NCBI RefSeq assembly: GCF_009914755.1
Contig: NC_060927.1
Reading direction: 5' to 3' (one strand)
DNA from: the human T2T-CHM13v2.0 reference genome, Homo sapiens
DNA length: 64,000 nucleotides
The position numbers were made by a program, and so were the translations under genes. Position 1 is the first letter of the stretch, and every line of letters begins with the position of its first letter. Below the pieces are notes generated by a model. It was given only the letters and a program-made list of their open reading frames with translations. It had not been told where the DNA came from and did not search any database. Of the stretch, positions 1 through 16,351 are shown piece after piece.

Positions 1-1033
1 TGAATAGATACAGAGATAAAGAAAGATGAGGAGTCAAAGATGACTCCACAGATTCTAATTTAGAAAGCAACTGCTATTATATTGATTATTTGAGTCATTA
101 TCAGACGTTTTAAAAGATCAACAATACTGAATATATAGAGTAAGCATCTTTTATTCCTGCTTCTCTTCTTTTATTCGTGTTCCATTTTCTTCCCTGAGAG
201 ACAGGTTGTTTCTTTCTTTAAGTGCTCTTTCATCTACTTTTTGGAATTGATAGTGAAAATATTATTCCAATCACTACAATAAATTTAGCTTCAGAAGTAA
301 GAAATCCCTTGCCACTGTCATGGCTTTGGTTCTATTTTTAATTTGAAAAATTCTTGTAACACTTTCTTGATTGCACACACATATACTATACATGTATATA
401 TATTTATATGTATATGAAATAAGATATGAAAGAAAAAATACATATAAATACAGAGAATAAAACATATTTATATGTGTTTTTTTCTTTTTCTTTCATCTTC
501 TTCTCAAATTGTCACTACTGTCCATCTTACAGTTTGGAGATTTTGTTCAGCACTGTGTCCTTACAATAGGTTTGGCACTAATTGAGCATGTTTAGGGGAG
601 TTGACAGAATGAAATCACATTGAAGAAAACTTGTTCATTATCATAAGTTGTGAGCTGTTAGGTTTAGGCTTAGGACCTAAAGATTTATCTTATGTACTAA
701 ATTATAGAGGAAAGAGAAGAGATGGCAATTTACACTAAGATATTACAAAATATTTTTTGTTTTTCCAAAACATAGATACAGTCCTATGTGCAGCCATTTA
801 GTATAAACTTCTCCTTAGATAATTGCTATGCTTTTATGAATCTGATTGAATGCTACAAATTTATAATACATTTAGGTTAAAATAAGAATAATTTTGAACT
901 TATTCTATCAACACCCTTTTAGGTTTTACACTAAAATAGCCATAAAAAGGTATAAAGTTGGAAATAAATATATCTACTGGCACCCTCTCTGGATCCTAAG
1001 TCAAACTTGGACATTTTGAAATAAAATGTTTTA

Positions 1034-1213
<180 letters not shown>

Positions 1214-1570
1214 CTAGAACCCAGAAATTGGGATGGAGGAAAATAAAAATAGGTTAATTGTTAGGTTCCAATATTTTGGCACTTATGCATTTACATGTAA
1301 AAACATACATATAAAAGTATTCATACACATATGCATATGTATCCGTCTATATACACACACAAAAATGAGCTAAGTATTCTCCCATCACATGCCCACATAT
1401 ATACATGTCCATGCATGTAAATATCTACATATGTACACATATACATATACAAGGTTTAATAATCTAACCTCAAATAGGGTCATTTGAAAATTTAAGTAAC
1501 TCTCAAGATTGATACATATTTTTCTATCTGTTTTTAAGCAATATTAGATATATAAGAATATTAAGTATCC

Positions 1571-1928
<358 letters not shown>

Positions 1929-2860
1929 TCACCTGTATGTGACTACTAGGATTATTAATATTAAGACCTTTAATATATTAAAGAATTAAAATGTAAACAA
2001 ATTTTGACACATTAAATTCAAGGATACCATTTTGGCACCACAATAAGCATCTCTGTTAGCTATCCATCATAAAAGTTCCATAACCTATGCCAAACTTTTA
2101 ACACATATCTTGTTTCTCTTGTTAATTGGTGAGAATATCTGTTATGTATTTTCTAAAATTCATATGTTGAATTTAATTAAAAGATCACGCTTCTTAGAGT
2201 TAGTGTATATGTCACACAAAAAAATAGATCATGTTATTGAATTTCATGAAATAAAAAATAGTAACATTTTCCCTACCACAACAAAATTGATTCTTTTACA
2301 AAGCTTTGGTGCCTTTTAATATACATTCTTTTATAAACATTTAACTACTATTCCATGGATATATGTCTAATGACAACATTTTAGGGAAAAATGAGTTGTG
2401 TTATTGAATGAAACCAAAATTATTTGGAAATTTGATCTAATGTTTAAATAACTTAAATGAATCATCAAAATATCACTCTTTTAAGAAGAGGTTCCAGTGG
2501 ATTTACTATTACTGCTACAAATATTTCCTTCTAAAATGCACTTAAAATTCTTCCTGTTCTATTGAAATATTTCATTCTTTCTTGTCTTTAATTTGCTGTC
2601 AGCAAATTTAGTTCTTTGAGGCCAAATGGAATGTGTTAGAACCTACCAAGACACTAGAATTCAAATAAGGGCCTATATACCATAATCAAATCAATATTTG
2701 GCTACTAAAGTGAAAGAAAAGGTGAACTTGTTAGCATTCCCTACCAAATATTAAATGCAGTCAGTAAATGACCTGTTTTTTATAAGAGCACATTAGAAGC
2801 AAGACCATGAAACAAACACCCACGACTGATTTAAGCAAAATTAAAAAAGGTCAGGAGTAA

Positions 2861-3225
<365 letters not shown>

Positions 3226-3819
3226 GCGTTTTTGTTTTATTGAAGAAGGCAAACCATTAAGAGATGAGACAAAAATATATTTTAAACGCTTCTAAGATTT
3301 CCTATTTATTAAACTGAAGTCCAATAATGAACTTAGAGTTCAAAAGAGTATAAATCTCTGTATTTCAGTTTCCATATATATAAAAACTTGAAGTTCATAA
3401 AATAGAATTGGATTTTACAGCAAATGTTGACTGCATATGATAGTTTTCAACACATTTGAATATAACAAACTATATTTAACACAACATCTCTGTTAAAGAG
3501 AATTTCATATAGCTTAATGATTCAGAAGGCAATTTAGACTCCTGAAGCTTTCAAAGAAATCACTGAATAATTATCATCTGTTTTAAATGTACATAAATCT
3601 CTTTAATATATAATTCCAGATACCTGAATAATACAAATAATAATTAAATAATGTTGAGAAAATAGTGTTTTTCTTTTTAATGTGGCTGAGCTAGAAATAA
3701 AGGTTAATTTTATATACTACCTTGTGTACCACAACTAGGTGGAGAAAAATGCTTTCAGAATTCAAGCGGTGAAGACAATTTTGTCTTCTTTCTCATTGCT
3801 AAAATGTTCTGGGCACTCA

Positions 3820-4086
<267 letters not shown>

Positions 4087-6559
4087 TTACACCGAATTAA
4101 AAGCACATTGTTATTGTCCTAATTGAGACAATCTCTTATATTCTAAGTGCTGCTGTTATTTTATACAACATGTTATGTAAAACAGTCATGATATACCAAT
4201 TCTTGTCCTTAATTTGAAACTAAAATGTTAAGTTCATAGTTAGAAAATGAAATAGAGTTGTTATATGAAGTTTTTTATTACCTGACCTTCTAAGATTTAA
4301 CCCACATAATGAAAGGAATTCTAAAGCTACAATTGGACCCTACACATTGTAAATATACCTGAATTTTTTATGAACAAATATTATCTTTTCTCCTTTAGAT
4401 CTGCTTAAAGGTGAATGAGCTTTAATCATACACACAAGGATCTCCTGATGCAGGCAGGTCTTAAAATTACTTTAACTCAAAATCTCCTGAAATGCTACCA
4501 TGCAAATTATAACCATTTAAAATCTTCAGTCCAATTATTTGAATAGAAATGAATTTAAAGCAATAGTGGAATCAAATGCCTCTTTCATTTACATAGGCAA
4601 GGACATGTTCAAACAGAATATATATGGAAATGAGGGAAAATTTGAAACATCTGCTCATCCTGACATTATAAATACTGCCAGCTTTGTCCAAACTGTTTGA
4701 TTTAAACCGATTTAAATGGCTACTTCATCCAGCAGTAAATAGTGTCAGAAAATTGTGTCAATTACATTGAATACAATGGTAGCTGAAAACATTAGGTGTG
4801 CTGATGGAGTCACTTCTGGGAAAAAAAAAAAAGGTATTTGTTTTTGGGCTGAGCTTTGTGCTCGGAAAAATGTGCACAGAATGTAAGTCTTTTTACCTAC
4901 TGTTTACACTTTTCCAATTCATTTCGTATCAGCTCTGAAACACCTAATTATTCTCCTCTCTTGTCTCGGTTTAAATTGAAGCGAATGAATGCTTCAAGCG
5001 ACATTTAATAGTTTCTACAGGACAGGGTTTGTCTACTCCACTTTTTAAGACTTTTCCATTATTTCTAACCTTCTCTTTAAAAGTACGTTGAGTTACTTAA
5101 ATCAATCACTTAGGGAAACTCCTTAATGTGAATATGAATCAAATTAGATTCAGATTATGTTCACAAATGTCATCAGTCTGCTCACAAGAGTATAATTTCT
5201 TTGTTAATGAAGGTCAGTATTTGAAAAGATACTTTTCTTTGACTTAATATTTCTTGGTCAGTTGTATCTAATATACATATATATGTAAAATATATTTTAA
5301 TATATATAAAATATATAAAGTTATAGATTTTATAAATTTATAAATTTTAATAAAATAGCTGAAATGTCCCTAAATCTGGGTATTTGAATTTATAGGCCAT
5401 AAAGAAATATTAAAAGCTACTTAATATGCATATTAAAAACATGTATATATTTCAAATATAAAGCCCCTTTAAAAAAAAAGTACATGTAAAACGACTTGAT
5501 GATTGCATGGGGGCAAAATTGAAGAAAGTAATTAGAACTCCTACCTTCTAGATTAGTGTTCCTTTTTCTATACTCTTTTTTTTTAAAAATTGAGGTTTAG
5601 TAGAAATTATAACATTTGACTAGAAAATTATAGGAGACCTGAAAAATCAGGTCAAAGGCTTTCAAATGTCCTCTAACTTATAGGGAAGAAAATAGGAAGT
5701 TAGGAAATATAGTTTAAGTTCAATTTGGTAACACTGAAGTTCTAGCTTATAATTTTTTTAAAACTGTGATTGTAATTGAATGGCTTACTCATGAATGTAG
5801 CAAACACTATCATTACCCAGGTATAATAATAGGCGAGGGCATCACTGCTTGGGGATTTTCCTCCAGTACAAATCCATACAGGAGCATTCTATTCCTTAAT
5901 TAAAGGCTGGAATAATTGATGTCAAAATCAGACCAAGAAATTGAAAGAATTGACTGGATAATAAACTAAATTCAGACTGGAGTTTGGTTTGCTTCAGTGA
6001 AAGAAATCCAAGTGATTAATTAGATGAGTGGGAGAATATGACTTTCCAATATGCAGGGAATTTGAGTAGGAAAATATAAATGTTCAAACCACTTACTTAA
6101 GTAAAAAACTTCGGGTGGTCTCTTTCCTAAATCTCAGAAGCATGTTTAAGAATATGTGCCAGAATCTATGTTTCTTTTATAAAATGCCAGTTCTCCTCAA
6201 ACCTCAAAGACTTATTTGAGAACAAGGAATACAAACCCTTATGCTAACTACATTCATCCTGAAGCAATCCTTCCACACAGGATATTTGCCTGGAAACAAA
6301 TTTACTGTATTTTGTAGGCATATTCTGAAGCCAACATCAACAGTGACATCAGCCACAAGACATGTCTTAGAAACATAACTTTTAAAAACCCTCTTCTATA
6401 TGTGTGTTAAATATCAGTTGCAGTAGATATATCTCTAAGAAAAAATATGTAATGGCCTAAATATGCTTCTATCTATCAATCTGTCATCGTTATCTATCAA
6501 TTTAGATTGAGAACACCATTCATTAAATGTGTCCACTTGATGTTTATGATATTTATGAT

Positions 6560-7865
<1,306 letters not shown>

Positions 7866-8510
7866 TATTGTAACTTTTTAACTTAAAAATAGTGAGAGAG
7901 ATTCTTTTAGGGACAAAGTTATTCTCTGGCATGCCCGTTTGCATATTCATGTACAATTATCTAAAAATTGCTTTCTAGTGACCTTATGAAATGATTGGAC
8001 CTTCCTCCAAGGTAAGCACTTAGAAACTTGATGGCTTATTTATTTATATGGGGACAAATGTTTATCAAAGTACGCTTTGATAAACTTTGGACATATCCTG
8101 GGATTATTTCCTACACAAAATAAAATGAATCTGACACACAGAAATGAAAATGAGTGCAAACAGTCCTAAGGGCAAGGCTATTATTCACCAACAGGACTTT
8201 TAATGACTGTTATAGAACAATAGTTATAAAAACTCAGAGAGATATACATGAATTCACAAATATATTTTGAACCAAAAGAACCAAAATCATTCTCTGCATG
8301 TATTTTTGTTTAATCTTACGATATATATATATTCGAACAGTACTTAACCAAGATGTAATCCTATCACTTATTTCAGGAGAGAAGAAATAAAAGGATGCAG
8401 ATCACACATCATTTAATTTCATAAGATATAAAGTTAGCAACCCCGTTACCTTTACTCTTTTCACAGTTACCCATACTTCCTGCAGACTTTATTCTGTGCA
8501 GTCTGTCTTT

Positions 8511-8622
8511 GTGGCCAATGACAAGTGAAACATGGAGGCTGATTGGTTGAAGGACATGGAAGGGTATGGATGGAAAGGGGAAGAGAAGTTCCAGTCACAG
8601 TGACACGGTGATGAGAAGATGG
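8511..8622 (-). promoter_or_regulatory. YCAY cluster (NOVA-type intronic splicing element) downstream of the microexon
   Basis: 11 plus-strand RTGR (= sense YCAY) starting at 8511, 8518, 8525, 8532, 8556, 8566, 8570, 8600, 8608, 8611, 8619 in 112 nt; about 2 expected at uniform base composition. Confidence 0.8.
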
Positions 8623-8642
8623 CCAATAAAATGTCAACTTAC

Positions 8643-8651
8643 CAGACCCAA
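8643..8651 (-). CDS. ROBO1: ROBO1 alternative 9-nt microexon ('exon 6b'), adds VGS to the Ig3-Ig4 linker
   Basis: Minus strand ...ttttctttttttgttttgttttag|TTGGGTCTG|gtaagt; long U-rich tract, consensus donor, phase 1 to 1: CAA G|TT GGG TCT G|AA CCT = Q-V-G-S-E-P, matching the ROBO1 isoform difference I recall. Confidence 0.93.
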
Positions 8652-9142
8652 CTAAAACAAAACAAAAAAAGAAAACATGGAATAAATAAAAATAAGGAAA
8701 CATAAAATGAAACAGAAAAGTAATAAGATTTGACTTAACAATGATTCTTCTTTTAAGATAAAGAACATGTTAATACTTGAATATATGGCTCACACTGTAC
8801 ATGGATGAATATTTGTTAGCATTTTAGGTATAATCATGATTAATTTAAGAAAAATAGAAATGAAGCTTAAATTCTCTACTATGATTAAATGGCAGAGCTA
8901 CAATGAATGAGAGCTATAAAATTATAAAACATTTTAAAATAACTTTACATTTTGCTACCAGACGACAGGTTAGAGAACTAATACGTAATGGATTTTAAAA
9001 CATTATAAATCTTAGCTGCTAAAACTACACAGAAATCAAAAATTGATTATTTTAGAAAAAAGAACATTAAATCCCACAACTCCATCATCAGTTCAATTTT
9101 TGAAAGGTGTATACTGCCAATAATATTCTATGAAACTGAAAT

Positions 9143-9295
9143 CCATGCTTCTCATACGCAAATACGCATGAGTCACCCTGGGAGCTGGTTAAAATACAGA
9201 TTATGATTCTACAGGTTAGCGGTGTGACTGGAGATTTTGCATTTTTAACAAGCATCCAAGTTTTGCTGGCCTATGACCATAAATGGAATAGAAAG
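9143..9295. mobile_element. MER5A-like hAT-Charlie fossil
   Basis: gagtcaccctgggagctggttaaaatacagatt...ttgcatttttaacaagcatccaag...gctggcctatgacca resembles the MER5A consensus. Confidence 0.6.
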
Positions 9296-10414
9296 CCTAT
9301 AAAAAGGTGTTGCATTTAAATTCTTGCATATTTTTAATTGAGATGGTGCATAGAAAAAAGTGAATAAATTACAAGAACTAAGAAAACTTTATAATCTTAT
9401 CTATAAATCATAATTACATTTTCTGTTTTCAATGTTGAAACATTAGGCATCTTAATAGAGAAAGCTCAAATAATATATATTTAAAATACTAGAAATGGTT
9501 ATTTCATTTCTCTCTATTTTATAAGCAAATATAATTACTGCCAAATGCAGAACTTTTTCATAATAGCCCCAGCAGAAACCTACAATATATTTTACTCAAA
9601 TAAATAACTTCCATAGCTTTCAGCAAATCAAAATTAATTAGACCTGATACACATTCCTATAGTTTAAATAAATGCTAAAGAATGTTGTTGTTAAGTGGTA
9701 CAGTTATAAAGCAAAGATAAAATTTCTCTTGCATACTTTTGTCCCATACGCAAAATTTAAAGGCAATTTAGAAACATTTTTAATTCATACGTTCCCTTCA
9801 ACAGGAGTGAAATAATGTCTTTATTTTTCATTACAGAGAAAACAAAACTAAGCATAATTTTTCACTCACTCAAGTTAGAAAAGTTAAAAAGAAACTTTCT
9901 CATTTACATAGGCTTAATGTTTATTATAGCATCACCAGTTATGCTACCCAGACTCAAAAACACGGAATGGATAGAACGTGGTTACATTTCTTGACACCTT
10001 ACAGATGATGCCTTTTAAATGACAGTAAGAAGTATTTAGGCACTACAAAAGAGAGGACCTGACAAGCTGTAACAACAGAATTTTGCTTTGAGATAACAAT
10101 AAGTTATAGGATTACCGTTTGGATTAATCTGTGAAAATAAATTTGATCCCATTAGACTGAAGCAGTTAAAATAAACCCTTACTTAAAGTCAGAAAAGTAG
10201 AGAAATGATTCCTAAATATTTTCACGTATTTTCAGTAATTTAAAATTCCTAAAACATTTCAAAAATATATATTAAAAACAAAAAAAACTGGAAAGCACCT
10301 AATTTAAAATTTTTAATGCACCCTTTTCTTGCTTATAGTTTTTACTAGCCATCAACCCATAGGAGTAGAATTCTTTTATTAATTAAAATCCAATGGGTTT
10401 AAGAACTTTAGGCT

Positions 10415-10573
10415 GGGGTGGGGGGAGGGGGGAGGACTAGCATTAGGAGATACACCTAATGTAAATGACGAGTTAATGGGTGCAGCACACCATCATGGCA
10501 CATGTATACATATGTAACAAACCTGCATGTTGTACACAAGTACCCTATAACTTAAAGTATAATAATAAAGAAA
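10415..10573 (+). mobile_element. L1PA 3'-terminal fragment (159 bp)
   Basis: G-tract then tagcattaggagatacacctaatgtaaatgacgagttaatgggtgcagcacacc...cttaaagtataataataa; 14-bp TSD aagaactttaggct at 10401-10414 and 10574-10587. Confidence 0.93.
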
Positions 10574-10638
10574 AAGAACTTTAGGCTAATGTATTTGCAT
10601 ATCACATCAATGACAGATGACAACTGAAAAATATTTTA

Positions 10639-10967
<329 letters not shown>

Positions 10968-11639
10968 CTATTAAGGATCTTAAAAGTTATCTAAGAACAT
11001 CAGCTAACATGGAAGCTTCTAAAACATGAGAGGTTTTGGAGAGGAGTCTATCTTGAATGGTCATTTAAGCTTTTAACAACTCTGATTATCAAGAAACCAA
11101 TCCTGTTATCTAAAGGAAAGCCTGTCTGTTCAGAATTTCACCCCCCTTTCATTTGTTCTACTCTCAGTAAACAAATAGAAGTCATTAATATGGACTATGT
11201 AAAATCCTTTCACTCACTTGAAAAAAATTACCATCCCTAACTTTCTCTGCTAAAGAATAAATTATAGGAATTTATTTAAGTTTTCCTCATATTTCTCCTT
11301 TCTCTACATTTCTCCAAAGGTCAGGTAAAAGGATTTCCTTTCCATACAGAGAATATGGTCCTTTCTATGAAACAGGCAGATTTTAATTATTGTCCTGTTG
11401 GGCATGGCAGAAAGAATCAGAAAAAAAAAAAAAAAAAAAGCAGAGTAACTTGGAACCTGTTCATTCATTATCTTCTAACATTCGACATTTATGGGAGGCT
11501 GCACTCCTATCCTTCTCATAGCCCTTCTCAACTTCGTTCCTTTCTGCTTTTAAGGTTGGAAGCACCTGTGTCCCAAGTCCCTTTTCTTGCTAAGAGAGGG
11601 GAAAAGCCTGTTTGTTTCTGTCTCTAATAAAACTATAAA

Positions 11640-11790
11640 ATGTTGGCACTGGAAGTGACCTTAGAACTTATCAGTCTAAACTTCTTTTGCATGAGAAAAC
11701 AGAAAACCTAAATTGTTAAAGAACTTTATCAAGGTCACAGGGGGTTCACCATAGACTGGCTTCTAGGCCTCCTGACAATATCTAACTCTC
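11640..11790 (-). mobile_element. MIR-family fragment
   Basis: ggaagtgaccttagaac...gcatgagaaaacagaaaacc...aaggtcacag resembles the reverse MIR core. Confidence 0.5.
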
Positions 11791-11923
11791 TGTACAAATT
11801 TTCCTGCTGGCTAATCAATTAGTGGTGAAGAATATTCAATAGGATACAAAATACATTTGATTTTACATTTAAACTGCCACAAATAGTTGTTTAACCTAAA
11901 ATCATTACTACCAAAATCATTAC

Positions 11924-12059
11924 TACATGCATATATATATATATATACACATATATATACACATATATATACATGTATACATACATATATATATACACAT
12001 ATATATACACGTATATATACATGTATATATACATATATATATACACATATATATATATA
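11924..12059. repeat. Compound (TA/CA)n microsatellite
   Basis: About 135 bp of alternating purine-pyrimidine sequence; source of spurious ORF 11811..12080. Confidence 0.95.
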
Positions 12060-12331
12060 AACTGGTTTTAAGGAATTCATGATGTTAAAAATATTTTAAG
12101 AATATTTAGCTATAGTTTAAAAAAGACCTGGAAACTAACAGGTGATAACACAGACTTAATGCTGGTTGAAAAATTTATTTTTGCAATTAAAAAGTATGGC
12201 AATCATTTTTAAGGGTAAACCAATTTTAATTATTTCATCACTTGAAATCTTTATATGTTGAACGAAATATCCATCTTTTTTGAAACATCAAAACAGTATA
12301 TTTTGACAAGAACCCCCCTGTCTCTCTCTGT

Positions 12332-12369
12332 CACACACAGACACACACACACACACACACACACACACA
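12332..12369. repeat. (CA)n microsatellite
   Basis: cacacacagacacacac...aca seen directly. Confidence 0.95.
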
Positions 12370-13822
12370 GCCACTACCATTTAGAATAGAAGACTTTCTT
12401 CCTTTTTGAATGTGATATCATAGGTTCTAAATTACTTATTTGTTTTGAAATCTTCTATGTACTAAGAATATACATTGCTCAGACAGTAATCTTCAGGTAT
12501 AAATAAGATAAGAAGAGAGCAAGGAAGTAAAAGAAAGGAAGGAAGGAAATAAAGGAAAGAGGGAGGGAGGGAGGGATGGAGGAAGATTCCTCTTTTATCT
12601 TCCAGCTGCTTGTCACATTCAGGAGACATGTGTATGAGTCAGAAAGATGATAAATGTTTGGAAAAACATTATACAGAGGTTGGAGGAAAAGACCTTTTTC
12701 ATCTAAAGAAAATAAGTTAGTTGAACAGATACTTAAGAAGTCTTCAGGTTAGGTCTAATAAGTACCGGGACCAGCCAATTTTTATAACTACCAATGCCAC
12801 AAGAAAAGATGATAATCGGCCTAAATAATAGCGTGAACAACTTAAAGAAAGTCTAGAAAAGAAGCAGTTAACAGAAAAGGTCACTGAACCATGAATTGCT
12901 TGCCAACTATGATGTCTCTAGAGGTCTTTTAAAATAGGATTTATTTCCATTAGGCCACAACAGTTTAGATATAACCGTGTCTGGCAAAGGGACAGAGAAA
13001 TTGAATCTTAAAGTGCTTTCAGTGCTACGATTTTAATTGTATGGACATTCAGAAGCATTTAATTTTTAAAAAATATAATGACAGAAGATTGCTACAGTAT
13101 TTGGGTCTAAAATAACTTAAGTATTACAAACTCCTAGGTTGACTCTATAGAATGTTATTGTAAAGCGAATGCATCTACAATAGGACCAATCCTATTAGTA
13201 AATATCAGAGAACAGCTGCTTTTTTTAATGGGCTAAATATGAAATCATCTCGACTATGGAATTCTTCTGCTAATTCATAGATATAAGTTTTCACTGCTAG
13301 TAGCTAAATTCTAATGAATCCTTAAATTGAGGCGATTTTTTCCCCATTCTCATCTACAGTACTTTTGAACGCAGAGCTCAGTTAACACATCTGATACACT
13401 AGAATTGTAAATACCACATTCCAGAGAATACAAATGAAATAAGGTAGTGAGTTAAATAAAAACTTTTGGAAGAAACACATTTTTATTCAAATACAAGAGC
13501 CCAAATTCTCAAGTAGTAAAACTATCTATATTTGAACTGACAAAATCCAGTCACTGGTATGTTGGAAAAATTATATACATAGATACTCATGAATGACAAT
13601 ATCGCTAACAATTAAAAACTCTCAGGATATTTTAATACTAGGTATGATTTCTTTTGGGGGAAAAGATTGAGTTTAACTTAAAAGCCTGTCATTATGTCTT
13701 TCAACTTTTAAGACGTAACAATAAAGAGATAAAGGAGGCCATTTTTAGAATATATTTAATGGATACATAAAATACTATGAACTTTTCACCTCCTCTTAAA
13801 TATCTCACATTATTCTGTAGAA

Positions 13823-14011
13823 CAATGGTTCTGGAGACAATTTTTGCTGTCACAACTGATGTGGGGAAGAAGGGGAAGGCAGAGAGCTACTAGCATTTAG
13901 TGGACAGAGGCCAATGATACTGACAAACATCCTACAAAGCCCAAGACAACGTCCCAAAGCAAAGAATGATGTAGCACAAAATGTCAACAGTGCCAAGATT
14001 CAGAAGCCCAG
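13823..14011 (+). mobile_element. MER20 (hAT-Charlie) with internal deletion
   Basis: caatggttct|ggagacaatttttgctgtcacaactg...gctactagcatttagtggacagaggcca...aaatgtcaacagtgccaag; 8-bp TSD ctgtagaa (13815-13822) / ctgtagat (14012-14019). Confidence 0.85.
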
Positions 14012-14369
14012 CTGTAGATGAGCTATTCAACTTAAAGCTTATCAGAATACTAACATATATTTATTTCAACCCATATATACAAAGTACCTTGCACAATGCC
14101 TGACCTATCACAGGTACTCAGAAAAGGTTAGTACTCTTGCTCTTATTCTTCCTTTCTAAAAATATTGTCACTTTCCCAAAAAAGCAGTTAACAAACGTTG
14201 GTAGTTACTTGTCTACTAAGGAATCCACAATTCAAATGCAACTACCCAGCAATCTACGACAATGTGCATGTCACCCAACACATATCTTAGGACTATAATT
14301 TTGATGGTAATATTCCCTACGTCCACTTAGAAAGCCAGAAACCTACATCTTTCCTGTCTTTCCTCCTGG

Positions 14370-15680
<1,311 letters not shown>

Positions 15681-16014
15681 AAACTGGAATGTCTATCTTT
15701 AAATGGCATATTTCATGGAGGGTCCAGAGTTAAGGTACATGATGACAGAATGATAACGTTATTCAACTGGTAGTTAAACAACTTTGGATCAAGATCCTCT
15801 CCAAAAGGAATCAGACCTGTGATCCTGCATAAATTACATAAACATTCTCCATCTCAGTTTAATAGTAAGAAGGCATCAGGCTTAGCTAACTGTGTGTCAG
15901 ATCATATATTAGGAACCCCTTCAGCAGCTCTGTAAGGAATTATTCAATATCTCGATTTTGCAAAAGAAAGAAAATGAAGATTAAGTAAATTTCATAAGGT
16001 CACCTATCAGGTAA

Positions 16015-16351
<337 letters not shown>

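Noticed and set aside
4601-4610. Perfect p53 half-site GGACATGTTC
   Set aside because: No adequate second half-site adjacent; single decamers are frequent by chance.
8467-8703. 78-aa minus-strand ORF
   Set aside because: Only the 9-nt VGS segment has splice signals; the rest is polypyrimidine tract and intron.
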